Of a stretch of DNA of 43,690 nt, positions 1-8,592 are shown piece after piece. The first letter of the stretch is position 1. Every line of letters begins with the position of its first letter. The translations under genes and the position numbers were made by a program. The notes below the pieces were generated by a model that was not told the origin of the DNA, did not search any database, and saw only the letters and a program-made list of their open reading frames with translations. This DNA comes from a virus, in the IMG/VR virus record IMGVR_UViG_3300028830_000013, positions 1-43,690 of that record, one strand, 5' to 3'.

Positions 1-141
1 CGGGAAATCCCGAGCGTTGTCGTTTTCAGAGCCCATTCCGGGCGGCTTTACACGTGGCAAACCCCGCAAACCCACGTTCTACAGGGAACCATACCGCCTG
101 CAAAGCCGTGTACGCCGGTTCGATTCCGACCCCCGCCTCCA
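1..141 (+). repeat. attL copy of a 141-bp perfect direct repeat carrying a tRNA/tmRNA-like 3' end
   Basis: Bases 1-141 are identical to 43550-43690. The repeat ends GCCGGTTCGATTCCGACCCCCGCCTCCA (T-loop-like GGTTCGATTCC, terminal CCA). The integrase start lies 138 bp further on. Confidence 0.85.
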
Positions 142-278
142 ATATAATCACCGACTTACGGCAACAAGCAGGCCACGGAAACGTGGCAGATCGCGGCGGT
201 TAATGGGCATAAACCACTCGGGCGAGTGGCAGAACCACGCGGTCATCTTGCGCGTTTGCCGTGGACGGGAGTCGCGGC

Positions 279-1409
279 ATGGCAACCAAGCGCGTGCGCA
301 ATGGCACGTGGCATTTCACGGTTCGGCGAAAAGGGCTGCTGCCGAAGCCGATCTATCTCAGTTTCGCCACCGAAGAGGAAGGCGACCGCTACTGCAAGCA
401 CCTGGAATCGCTGCTCGATCACGGCATCGTGCCGCGCGAGTTCGCCGAGAATCGCGGCAAGCCCAAGACCATCGCAAAGGCGATCGTCGAATACACCGAC
501 GCGGAGCACATATCGAAGCAGGATGCGCCAGTGCTCGAGTTATTGCGCGAGCGTGTGGGCAAGATCGAATTGACCGCCCTCACGTACGCATGGTGCTCTG
601 AATGGGTTTCCAGCATGAAGCGAAAGGATCATCTGGCGCCATCAACCATCCGGCACTACGTCGGCGCGCTGGCCCGATGCATCGATTGGTGTTGCCGGCA
701 CGAGTACATGCCCGGCAATCCACTGCGCGCGCTACCCAAGCGGTACGCCACCTACAACGAGAAGGACGCCTCATTCCTCCCGGAGGAAGCGGAAGTGCCA
801 GATGACGAGCCGAACGACCGGCGCCTCGAGCCCGGCGAGCACGAGCGCATCTTGCGCGTTCTGAAGACCGATTACGTGCCCGACGGGAAGCAACGCGGCC
901 TTGCCCTGGAACACCGCGAGGCGCTGACGCTGATGTATTGGTGGGCGATCCGCGCAGGCATGCGGCTCAGTGAGATGTACACACTGACGACGGATCAGGT
1001 GGATGCCGCGCGGCGCACAATCTTCCTCGATAGGACCAAGAACGGCAGCAAGCGCCAGGTGCCGATGTTTCCCGAGGCCGTAGCCGCGTGGGAGTCGTAC
1101 AGTTTGCCAAATGGTGCAAGTCGGGTGGAGTCGGAAAACTTCGTGTTCCCGTGGTGGTCCGGTGGTGACGAGGCCGAGCGGCGGCGCGTGACATCGTTAT
1201 TGTCACGGCAGTGGGCGCGAATCTTCGCCCAGGCAGGGTGCGCCGGGTTGACGTTCCATGCTCTGCGACACGAGGCGACGTGCTGGGTCTACCTGAACAC
1301 GCAGCTATCGGATGTGCAGATCGCCAAGATGATGGGCTGGAAGTCGCTGAAAATGGCGTTGCGCTACGCGAATCTCAGGGGCTCGGATCTGGCGATGCTG
1401 GCAGGGTAG
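279..1409 (+). CDS. int: Tyrosine recombinase / phage integrase
   Basis: The track ORF is 261..1409. ATG 279 is preceded by GGGAG. C-terminal catalytic-type motifs are AGMRLSEMYTL, HALRHEATCW and LRYANL. The gene is adjacent to attL. Confidence 0.9.
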   Translation: MATKRVRNGTWHFTVRRKGLLPKPIYLSFATEEEGDRYCKHLESLLDHGIVPREFAENRGKPKTIAKAIVEYTDAEHISKQDAPVLELLRERVGKIELTALTYAWCSEWVSSMKRKDHLAPSTIRHYVGALARCIDWCCRHEYMPGNPLRALPKRYATYNEKDASFLPEEAEVPDDEPNDRRLEPGEHERILRVLKTDYVPDGKQRGLALEHREALTLMYWWAIRAGMRLSEMYTLTTDQVDAARRTIFLDRTKNGSKRQVPMFPEAVAAWESYSLPNGASRVESENFVFPWWSGGDEAERRRVTSLLSRQWARIFAQAGCAGLTFHALRHEATCWVYLNTQLSDVQIAKMMGWKSLKMALRYANLRGSDLAMLAG

Positions 1410-1438
1410 GTGTGCTGCTGTAATTGTCGGCTTCGGCG

Positions 1439-1468
1439 GGAGTAGACGGCGGGGTTGCGGTCTACTCC
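1439..1468. terminator. Stem-loop between convergent int and the leftward operon (possible bidirectional terminator)
   Basis: Perfect 9-bp inverted repeat GGAGTAGAC (1439-1447) / GTCTACTCC (1460-1468) with a 12-nt loop. No clear T-tract follows. Confidence 0.35.
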
Positions 1469-1471
1469 ACG

Positions 1472-1837
1472 TTAGGCCTCAGAAACCAGCGCATTGCGAG
1501 CGGTCAGCACGTTGGTTTGGCAACGCTCGGGCCACTCGCTGCTGAAGTGCTGCGCTATGTGCTGCAACGCTTCACGCATGCGCTCGGTCTTGCGCTTCTC
1601 GCGGATCAGCAGGTTCAACACCGCCTCGGTGTCGCGCCGCTCGCGTTCAATCCGCTGGGCCGGCGTCTCTCCTTCCTTCAGGTACTGCTCGCAGTCGGCC
1701 AGCATCTGGCGCAGCTCGCGCACGTCGCCGGTCACGCTTCCATCTGCCATCGGCTTCTCCTTCTCGCAAAGTTGGCACCCCGGCACACGGTGCGGAATGC
1801 AGGTCATCGCGGGTATTCGGGTCACTTCGGTATCCAC
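1472..1837 (-). CDS. Hypothetical small helical protein
   Basis: ORF with high third-position GC. An internal ATG at 1750 has a strong GAAGGAGAA Shine-Dalgarno, so the product may be only 92 aa. No recognisable domain. Confidence 0.55.
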   Translation of the reverse strand: MDTEVTRIPAMTCIPHRVPGCQLCEKEKPMADGSVTGDVRELRQMLADCEQYLKEGETPAQRIERERRDTEAVLNLLIREKRKTERMREALQHIAQHFSSEWPERCQTNVLTARNALVSEA

Positions 1838-1904
1838 CCAGGCCTAACTGGGCGCTCAAGCGGGACCTTCGCCGGCAAGCCGGCTCGGCCCCTTAGCTTC
1901 GACG

Positions 1905-2144
1905 TTAGGCATCGAGTGCCAGCGCCGTGCGCATTTGTTGCACCGTCTTCCGCAAGCGATCGGCCTCGTCTTCTGCTTCGCGCACCCGCGCATGCAGTTC
2001 CAGCAACCGGTCAACTGTCAGCTCGTTGTGCATGGCAAGCAGCGCTTGCTGCATCGGGGTCTGTTTATCCGGCTCGGTCGGCCAGTCTTTGTCTTTGCGC
2101 CAGTGGTCCACCAACGCCATTGCTCTGCTCAGATCCATTTGCAA
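1905..2144 (-). CDS. Hypothetical protein (79 aa, coiled-coil-like C-terminus)
   Basis: ORF in the leftward operon with codon bias consistent with its neighbours. No recognised motif. Confidence 0.5.
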   Translation of the reverse strand: MQMDLSRAMALVDHWRKDKDWPTEPDKQTPMQQALLAMHNELTVDRLLELHARVREAEDEADRLRKTVQQMRTALALDA

Positions 2145-2422
2145 ATCCTTTCGCTGATAGTCCTGTTGATGCAGCCATTCCCAAAGAATCCGGTGAGTAG
2201 CAGAACGTCGCGGTTTTCCCGCAGCCAGCGGTATCGCGCCGCATCCTTATTCGCTTCGGTCAGCGCATCCTGCAAGTCTTCCGCCGCTCGGTCTCCTGAC
2301 TTAACGAGCGCGAGCAATGCGCCGGCAAGGCTGTCTGCGTCTTCGCGCCGAATGAATGACCCATCTTCGCGCTGCGACATGCTTCCTGGGTACGCGCTGT
2401 CGTATGCTTCAATCGCTTTCAT
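2129..2422 (-). CDS. Hypothetical protein (97 aa)
   Basis: The track ORF is 2129..2458. ATG 2422 is preceded by GGAAAGGAAG. It contains an ARYRWLR-type motif seen in small lambdoid early proteins. Confidence 0.5.
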   Translation of the reverse strand: MKAIEAYDSAYPGSMSQREDGSFIRREDADSLAGALLALVKSGDRAAEDLQDALTEANKDAARYRWLRENRDVLLLTGFFGNGCINRTISERICKWI

Positions 2423-2489
2423 GTCTTCCTTTCCGAGCCGAGAGGCCCAACCAATCATTCCACCGGACTGCCTCCGGCAGCCGGTGAAT

Positions 2490-2768
2490 TCAGACGTTCG
2501 GCGTCAGCACCGGGCACGATTCCATCTCGCACCACTCGCCATCGCGCGCATCAGCATGCGAGCACTGCATCACGCCGTCGTTTATCGAAAATCCCTCGTA
2601 GCAAGGGCACTGCTCCCGCATCGCCTCGAAGGCTTCCGGGTCACGGGGCATTTGCAGCCCAGCCGGTCGGCCCGGAATTACCAGCCGAGTGCCTTTGTTC
2701 TTGCACTTCCTGCACCCGCTGCCGCCACAGTCGCGGCAGTCGCGGCAGTCAATCAGTACCTTTTCCAT
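2490..2768 (-). CDS. Cys-rich small protein (zinc-ribbon / DnaJ-type CxxCxGxG-like)
   Basis: ATG 2768 is preceded by GGAGAGAGGA. The N-terminus is CRDCRDCGGSGCRKCKNKG, with further Cys/His downstream. Confidence 0.6.
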   Translation of the reverse strand: MEKVLIDCRDCRDCGGSGCRKCKNKGTRLVIPGRPAGLQMPRDPEAFEAMREQCPCYEGFSINDGVMQCSHADARDGEWCEMESCPVLTPNV

Positions 2769-2842
2769 CACCCTATCCTCTCTCCGAACAGACGCCGAAC
2801 AACCCATTCAACCCGGACGCCATGCAACTCCCGTCGGATTCC

Positions 2843-3379
2843 TCAATCGTTCTCGCGGGCCTGCCGCTGAACTTTGCCGTTGGGCACCTCAATGAACACT
2901 CCGCGATCGCCCAGTTTTCGCAGAGCTTTGGCACACTCGGCACCGAAGGCGAGCAGCACGGTACCGGCGCCGCATCGCGACTTTTTGTGCTGGTTTTCGT
3001 TGCCCGGCACGAATTCCACGCGCCCCGCCACAAACAGCATCGCGGTCGCGGATCTCATCGCCTCTTGGCACCAACTAGCGTCGGTGCGGCTGAACACCAG
3101 CGCAATGCCGTTGCCGTGCTGAGCCATCCGCCGCACCCACAGGCCAGTGCTCGGCCCATACGGCGGGTTCATCCAAACGCGCCCGAACCACGGTTTTTTC
3201 AAGCCGTCGTCGAACACCGTGTATTTGGTGGCGGCCGGCACCGCCGTTTCGTGGTCGTGTGGACTCGCTGGGTCGAGGTCGAACTCAAGCCCGAGCGCAT
3301 CGAACACCCACGCCGGCGTGTACCACTCCACGCTTTTGTGTTTCGGTGCCTCCCGCCGTTCGCCAAATATTCCGCTCAT
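2843..3379 (-). CDS. Phage Dam-type DNA N6-adenine methyltransferase (orphan)
   Basis: Contains WYTPAWVFD near the N-terminus and the catalytic NPPY motif (VWMNPPYG). The size (~178 aa from ATG 3379) fits the phage Dam family. No restriction partner is seen. Confidence 0.8.
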   Translation of the reverse strand: MSGIFGERREAPKHKSVEWYTPAWVFDALGLEFDLDPASPHDHETAVPAATKYTVFDDGLKKPWFGRVWMNPPYGPSTGLWVRRMAQHGNGIALVFSRTDASWCQEAMRSATAMLFVAGRVEFVPGNENQHKKSRCGAGTVLLAFGAECAKALRKLGDRGVFIEVPNGKVQRQAREND

Positions 3380-3519
3380 CTCAACCCCCGGTGCCCAACC
3401 CTGCGGTCGTGCGGTAGCGCCCGGTGTGTTCGCCGTTCGGCCCTGCAATTTCCATCGGTTGTATCCACCACATTTCGTTTCTCCTGTCCTACCGGTCTTC
3501 ATGGGTAGCCGGTAGGAAT

Positions 3520-3828
3520 TCATGGGTTTCCCACGGATCTCGACGCCCTCGGCATCGGCAGCAGCTTCGGCGGCTCTCGACGCCGGGTACCCCGCCCCTC
3601 GCGCGCTGCAATGACGGGCTCGCCGCGCTTGGCCTCTTTGCGCCGCGATTGCGTTTGCGCATCGGTCTGCTCGTGGATGTATGCGTCGATGTCGGCTTGG
3701 GTGAACCGCCAGCGCCCGAGCTTGACGGCGCGGATCTTCCCCGCACGCGCCTGATCGAGCAGCCAGTCGACAGAGACGCTCAGCCGCTCGGCGGCTTTCT
3801 TGGCGGTGAGTAGGCAGGGATCTGTCAC
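3520..3828 (-). CDS. Excisionase-family HTH DNA-binding protein
   Basis: LLTAKKAAERLSVSVDWLLDQARAGKIRAVKLGRWRFTQADIDAYI resembles the MerR-superfamily excisionase (HTH_17-type) fold. Confidence 0.6.
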   Translation of the reverse strand: MTDPCLLTAKKAAERLSVSVDWLLDQARAGKIRAVKLGRWRFTQADIDAYIHEQTDAQTQSRRKEAKRGEPVIAAREGRGTRRREPPKLLPMPRASRSVGNP

Positions 3829-3829
3829 G

Positions 3830-4276
3830 CTATCTACCCTTCTTTAGAACGCCCAAGGCGTTGACACCCATGCCGGTGCCAACATCCAGTCGGCTGGCAA
3901 TCTTGACGGCGGCAACAGCGTCGGCGCCGGCTGCCATGGCGCCTAGGGCGTAGTCGCAACCCGTGCCGATCGCCCACTTGCGCGCATGCACTTGCTCGTA
4001 GCCATGCGTCTTGTCGGTGTAAAGCCAGATACGACGATCATCGTCGATGAGCATCACCGATAGATCGACAAACGTGGGGCGCTCCGCAATCTCACCACGT
4101 ATCCACTGCAGGTAGGCGCGCGCATCGGCCGCGAGTCCCGCCGTGCCTACGATGTAGCGCCGGCCGTCTGGCGCAGAGACGCGGTGCACCTTTGGCCCGG
4201 TTCTGACCGGCGTATTGCCGTAGGTGCACTGCCGGTCGCCGGCAAGGGTGAGGCCATCGAATGCGATTGTCGTGAT
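3830..4276 (-). CDS. HslV / proteasome-beta-like Ntn hydrolase, apparent non-canonical ATC start
   Basis: The frame is open upstream of the track start (GTG 4189) and encodes I-TTIAFDGLTLAGDRQCTYGNT...KVHRV...GTAGLAADA...AIGTGCDYALGA. This parallels HslV (M-TTIVSV..AGDGQATLGNT..KVRRL..GFAGGTADA..AIGSGGPYA). GGAGG lies 6 nt before ATC 4276-4274. Confidence 0.6.
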   Translation of the reverse strand: MTTIAFDGLTLAGDRQCTYGNTPVRTGPKVHRVSAPDGRRYIVGTAGLAADARAYLQWIRGEIAERPTFVDLSVMLIDDDRRIWLYTDKTHGYEQVHARKWAIGTGCDYALGAMAAGADAVAAVKIASRLDVGTGMGVNALGVLKKGR

Positions 4277-4348
4277 AGGCCGCCTCCGTTTAGATGTGTG
4301 TCCAACCCTGTCTCATGCGGATGGAGCGTGCCCAGCGAATCGCTACCG

Positions 4349-5137
4349 TCATGGCGCGATCCTGCGGAAACAGATGACAAAGACCCATGGATTCGCGTCC
4401 CACGAGCCCTTGCCGTTGATCGATTCCCATAGGCTTGCGTAGGAGTTGCACGCGAACTCCCATGCCGCGCTGTCGTCGTTCGGGAAGAAGTAGTGACGCC
4501 AGCGGCTACCGACCGGCTCGATTCCTTCGGCAACCGCATCGCGCCCGCTGATGTCGTTCAGCCGTTCGACCCTGATCTCGTCGATCTCGAGCAGGATGCG
4601 CGAGGCCCATCGCGGCATGAACATGCCCGGGCGCAGCCGGCCCGCCCAGTTAGGCATCGAGGTCGGATAGTCATCGTCATTGACGTACTGGCCGCTGTCG
4701 TCGTGCGCGCGCGAGCCTCCCGCGGCATACATCACGGTGAGGCCGCGCTCGTGCGGTAGATTGGCAGGCGCTGTCAGGTCGTGTGCCCTGGAAACGCGCC
4801 ACGCCTCGCGCACCCATAGTTTGTCGCCGGGCTCGCCGTATGGGCAGGCGATGCGTTCGCCCGTATGCGTATGCCAGATGCAGCTCTGCTCAGGAATCGT
4901 GTCGCCCGCGTTGGTTCGCCCGCCGTTGGGGCCACCGATAGGCATCGGCTCCCACGTGCCGAGCGGGTTGCCGTGTGGCACCTTCACCTCTCGCCGCGTC
5001 TGCGTCTTGGTGCCGGCGAGTAGGGCGCAAACCATCGGCGCGCTGAACAGGATCGGACGCTCCCGCACACACCGGCATGCCTCGCCTCTGGTGCACGTGT
5101 CCTGCTCGCGGCACAGTGACTTGGCGCAGGCGATCAT
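4349..5137 (-). CDS. ASCH-like domain phage protein with Cys-rich N-terminus
   Basis: ILFSAPMVCALLAGTKTQTRR followed by YGEPGDKLWVREAW is the signature I associate with ASCH-fold phage proteins. Confidence 0.55.
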   Translation of the reverse strand: MIACAKSLCREQDTCTRGEACRCVRERPILFSAPMVCALLAGTKTQTRREVKVPHGNPLGTWEPMPIGGPNGGRTNAGDTIPEQSCIWHTHTGERIACPYGEPGDKLWVREAWRVSRAHDLTAPANLPHERGLTVMYAAGGSRAHDDSGQYVNDDDYPTSMPNWAGRLRPGMFMPRWASRILLEIDEIRVERLNDISGRDAVAEGIEPVGSRWRHYFFPNDDSAAWEFACNSYASLWESINGKGSWDANPWVFVICFRRIAP

Positions 5138-5295
5138 GGCTGGGGCTCCGGATACCCGTCATGGACGACCCCGGATGGAATGACAACCCGTCGAGAAAAC
5201 GTATGGATTAGGTTGATGGAAGCGCTAATCGCGATCTTGTGTTCCAACTCGCGCCGCCGGGCTTCGCGGTCGATTTTGTCGCGGGGGGTGGTCAT
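5134..5295 (-). CDS. Small ORF (53 aa) not in the supplied track
   Basis: MTTPRDKIDREARRRELEHKIAIS... It has ATGA stop/start overlaps with both flanking genes (5292-5295 and 5134-5137), which indicates translational coupling. Confidence 0.4.
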   Translation of the reverse strand: MTTPRDKIDREARRRELEHKIAISASINLIHTFSRRVVIPSGVVHDGYPEPQP

Positions 5296-5753
5296 GCCAC
5301 CTCCCTCGGTGCCGGCAGCAGTTTCGCGTCGGTCGCGTGCTCGAGCACGGTCTTTCCGCTCGGCAGCAGCAATTGCCCGAGGAACGCGCCCTCGAACGAC
5401 AGCACGCCGGTCTCGATCGCGGTGATCTGCCCCTTTATCCAGTCGCGCAGGATCGAGTAGACGGCGATGCTTGCAATGTCCATTGCCTTGCGCTCGTGCT
5501 GGGCCTTCGTCATGCGCTGACGCGGCCCGATCGGATGGGCCTTGAGCCAGGCCATCGCGTAGCCCTTGGTGGAGGCTTTCACGCTGACCGGACGGCCGCG
5601 ATATTCGAATTGCACAAGCAGTTCGCCCGCCTCGTCGTCGATCATGCTGCCGAACTTGGAGCAGCCGAACGCGCGCAAGAGCTTCTGCATGTCGCCGAGC
5701 GCGCGTTCGCCGCTGGTGGCGGATTCGTAGGGTAGAGTCATATGGCGCGTCAT
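5292..5753 (-). CDS. Hypothetical protein (153 aa)
   Basis: ORF tightly packed in the recombination module, 3 nt after the upstream stop. No recognised domain. Confidence 0.6.
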   Translation of the reverse strand: MTRHMTLPYESATSGERALGDMQKLLRAFGCSKFGSMIDDEAGELLVQFEYRGRPVSVKASTKGYAMAWLKAHPIGPRQRMTKAQHERKAMDIASIAVYSILRDWIKGQITAIETGVLSFEGAFLGQLLLPSGKTVLEHATDAKLLPAPREVA

Positions 5754-5756
5754 TGA

Positions 5757-6431
5757 TCAGTTGAGCGCGGCACCATCGCGCGGCTTGCGCACGCCGCGCT
5801 TCTTTTCGCCTTCCGGGAACGGCCAGCCGTCGGCTGATCCAACACTGTTCTTCGTCGGATCGCCGGCCTTGTCGAACGCCGGAGTGTCGCCGACGGACTC
5901 CGCTTCCGGCGGCGACAGCGTGACCTCGATCTCAGATTGAATCAGCGAGCACAACCGGCCGTTCTGCTCCTCGGTCGGATGCGCCATCGCACGGAACGTG
6001 ATAACCACTGTGCCGCCCTCCTGACAATCGAGACGGATTTCGTCAATGTCGACCTTGAGCACGATATCCGCCTTGCCGCTTACGCCGTAGGGAATTTCGA
6101 TGTCGTAGCCGACACCCTTCCAGTCCCATTTGAGCGGACCGCCGAGCGCCGAGAAGCGCAGCGCCGTCAAACCGTCCGCAGGTGCCGCGGCCTCGGTCGG
6201 CTTGCCATCGATCAGTTCGCCCTGCTCGGGTTGCTTCGGGCGCACGTTCGAGGCGTTGTCGTTGCGCACGTAGAGGGCGGACTTAAGCGACGGATGGAAG
6301 AACGCCAGGCAGTCGTTCGACAGATTGGCGGTGATCTTCATGTAGCTCACCGGCACGCGATCTTCGCCGTGGCATTCCGCATTGGGCGAGAACGAGATGA
6401 GCTTGGCGCGCTGCTTCCAGAGTTCGAACAT
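5757..6431 (-). CDS. Hypothetical protein (224 aa) downstream of recT
   Basis: Long ORF with consistent codon bias. No recognised motif. Confidence 0.6.
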   Translation of the reverse strand: MFELWKQRAKLISFSPNAECHGEDRVPVSYMKITANLSNDCLAFFHPSLKSALYVRNDNASNVRPKQPEQGELIDGKPTEAAAPADGLTALRFSALGGPLKWDWKGVGYDIEIPYGVSGKADIVLKVDIDEIRLDCQEGGTVVITFRAMAHPTEEQNGRLCSLIQSEIEVTLSPPEAESVGDTPAFDKAGDPTKNSVGSADGWPFPEGEKKRGVRKPRDGAALN

Positions 6432-6455
6432 TGCGGCTCTTTGTGTGATTGGTTG

Positions 6456-7484
6456 TTATTCGCCCGCCAGTTGCGCGCGGCGGTCACGGTACTGCTCGGT
6501 CAGTTCGGCGCGCTGCGTGGCGTCCTCGATTTCACCGAGCAGGTCGGCAACGATATCGAGCACGTCAACGTCTTTGGCCTTCTGGATCTGATCGGCGATC
6601 TTGGCGTAGGTAGGGCGGTCGTCTGCGGGCTGCGCAGCGGCCTTGAGGGCGGCGAGCCGCGCTTTATAGGCATCACCAGCCGCCGCCTTGTCGGCATCGT
6701 TGAGGCGCGCAGCGTGTGCCGCCGCTTCCTCCATCTGTTCGCGCGTCGATGCTTCTGCAATCGCCTGTAGCACAACATCGAGCGATACCGGTTTTTGCTC
6801 CGCGTCCTTGCGCTTACCTGCCCCAACACGATCCTTGAATGCGGCCGTCTTGCTGGCGGACTTCTCCTGCTGCGGCTTTTCGATCACTTCGGCGTCGCCC
6901 ATGAATCGCTCACGCGGCGGCTCGATGCTTTCCAGCTCATCCGTGGTGTAGACGCCGAGGATTGCGCCGGGGCAGTACATGCGCGCCCAGTTCTTGACCT
7001 GCAGATAGGCCAGCTGCTGCTTCGGGTTGGTTGCCCACAGCGGGGAGTTTTTTACCTTGACGCTGGCGGCACTCAGCCATTCACCCCACGTGATGTCCGT
7101 TTCGCCCTTGAGGACGGCACCGGCGCGGCACTCGACGTTTGCGCCTTCGCCGCGGTATTCGTAGTGGAAACGCCCGGCGATCGCGCCAGACTCCTGGGCA
7201 ACGGCATTGACCAGTTGGGCCTCATAGCCCAGCGTGCCGTTGACCAGGTGCGTTTTCTGCCCCACGGCGAACGGGTCCATTCGCCAGCGCATCGCCTGCA
7301 TGCTGACTGCCAGGCAGTCGCCGACGTTGCCCTGCAGGTGCTTGGGCACCGTGGCGCGGCCGGATGCCATCATTTCGGCAAACTTCACGACGCGGGAGAA
7401 ATTGGCGTCGTTCAGGATCATGGCGGTGCTGCTGACGGATTCGTCGGACTGTTCTGCTGTCTGCAAAGCGGTGACGTTACTCAT
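6456..7484 (-). CDS. recT: RecT-family single-strand annealing protein
   Basis: ATG 7484 is preceded by AAGGAG. The core (CLAVSMQAMRWRMDPFAVGQKTHLVNGTLGYEAQL...NSPLWATNPKQQLAYLQVKNWARMY) resembles RecT. It is paired with an upstream exonuclease. Confidence 0.8.
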   Translation of the reverse strand: MSNVTALQTAEQSDESVSSTAMILNDANFSRVVKFAEMMASGRATVPKHLQGNVGDCLAVSMQAMRWRMDPFAVGQKTHLVNGTLGYEAQLVNAVAQESGAIAGRFHYEYRGEGANVECRAGAVLKGETDITWGEWLSAASVKVKNSPLWATNPKQQLAYLQVKNWARMYCPGAILGVYTTDELESIEPPRERFMGDAEVIEKPQQEKSASKTAAFKDRVGAGKRKDAEQKPVSLDVVLQAIAEASTREQMEEAAAHAARLNDADKAAAGDAYKARLAALKAAAQPADDRPTYAKIADQIQKAKDVDVLDIVADLLGEIEDATQRAELTEQYRDRRAQLAGE

Positions 7485-8385
7485 CGTTCGACTCCTTCTT
7501 GGTGCGCGGTTTGACGTGCTTGAGTTGGACATAGGTCGAGTCCTCGACCGTGTAGCCCTTGCGGGTGATCTCGCGGCGCTCGTAGCGGCTGCCGTCAGGT
7601 AGCGTCAGCGTGCCGGCGTCGCCAAACGCTTTGAGCAGTTGCGCGTCGGCCGCATCAGTGACGCATTGGAGTTGCGCGATTTGGTCTTTCGCGTCCATGC
7701 GCACCTTGTGCCAGTGCAAGATGCGGTCATCGCCCTGCACCTCGATCTTGTTGATGGCCTTGTGGATCACCTTGAGCGCGTCGAGCGCGTGCGGATGATT
7801 GGGGTCAATCTCGGGCAGATCCGGCCCGGCGATGTAGCGGTCGTAGAAATCCTTCGTCGTGTCGACGATCCATTCACGGATGTCGGCATCGTGCTCGAGC
7901 GGGTATAGGCGCAGGTCGTCGCCGCCGAAAAAAGCCGCAACGTCCCACAGCGCATAGCCGCTGAGCAGCATGTAGCCGTGCGGCTGCGGCAGATACCAGT
8001 CGGGCACGCCGTCGCTGCCGTCTTCGCCCCAGGCGCCACGGAAGTAGTAGGCCGGGCCGACGTTTTTGATTTCCAGCCCTCTGGCGAGCCCTTCATATTT
8101 GCGGTCGATGTGGCCGACGAGCCAGGGGTACATGTCGTTCGTCAGCGTGACATTGGAGCGACGCAAGCGCGTGCCGGTACGCTCGGCAACCATGTGCGCG
8201 ATGACGCTCTCGAATGCGTGGCCGGCGCGCGTCTTGGCGTTGCCCTCGAATGCATGCAAGGCATTGCGCTTGCGCAGCACCAGCTCGGTTGGCGTCTCGT
8301 AGCGGTTGAGGCCGGCGATCGTGGCGATCTCGGAGACCGAGACGTGCGCCTTGCGTGCCTCGATCTGTTCAGCGGTCAATGACAT
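7477..8385 (-). CDS. YqaJ-type (lambda Exo-like) recombination exonuclease
   Basis: N-terminal VSVSEIATIAGLNRYETPTEL plus PD-(D/E)xK-like GHID...GLEIKN. Its end overlaps the recT start by 8 nt. Confidence 0.8.
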   Translation of the reverse strand: MSLTAEQIEARKAHVSVSEIATIAGLNRYETPTELVLRKRNALHAFEGNAKTRAGHAFESVIAHMVAERTGTRLRRSNVTLTNDMYPWLVGHIDRKYEGLARGLEIKNVGPAYYFRGAWGEDGSDGVPDWYLPQPHGYMLLSGYALWDVAAFFGGDDLRLYPLEHDADIREWIVDTTKDFYDRYIAGPDLPEIDPNHPHALDALKVIHKAINKIEVQGDDRILHWHKVRMDAKDQIAQLQCVTDAADAQLLKAFGDAGTLTLPDGSRYERREITRKGYTVEDSTYVQLKHVKPRTKKESNDE

Positions 8386-8386
8386 G

Positions 8387-8470
8387 TCACCTCCAAAACA
8401 GCCACCACGCGAGCGGCAGCCAGAAACAGAACACGGAAACGCAGGCGGCGTAGCAGGCGGCGCGGATCAC
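8387..8470 (-). CDS. Micro-ORF, 27-aa hydrophobic peptide
   Basis: The GTG start overlaps the upstream stop (GTGA), and GAGG lies 5 nt upstream. The peptide is MIRAACYAACVSVFCFWLPLAWWLFWR, with high GC3. Confidence 0.3.
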   Translation of the reverse strand: MIRAACYAACVSVFCFWLPLAWWLFWR

Positions 8471-8580
8471 GTCGCCCTCGTAATCGTCTCGATCAGGTCC
8501 GTTCCGATCAGGATCACCAACAGGACCGCCGAGACGATCGCAATCAGGCGGTCCATCTGTTCCGGGGTAGGGCGCGTCAT
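8467..8580 (-). CDS. Micro-ORF, 37-aa single-TM peptide
   Basis: ATG 8580 is preceded by GGAGA with a 6-nt spacer. The peptide is MTRPTPEQMDRLIAIVSAVLLVILIGTDLIETITRAT, with very high GC3. Confidence 0.4.
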   Translation of the reverse strand: MTRPTPEQMDRLIAIVSAVLLVILIGTDLIETITRAT

Positions 8581-8592
8581 GCGTTGTCTCCA

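Noticed and set aside
41-141. An attempt to fold a complete tRNA (including long-arm and Sec types) inside the att repeat.
   Set aside because: Only a 5-bp acceptor pairing (GGCGG at 41-45) could be found. There is no D or anticodon arm and no U33-containing loop in register.
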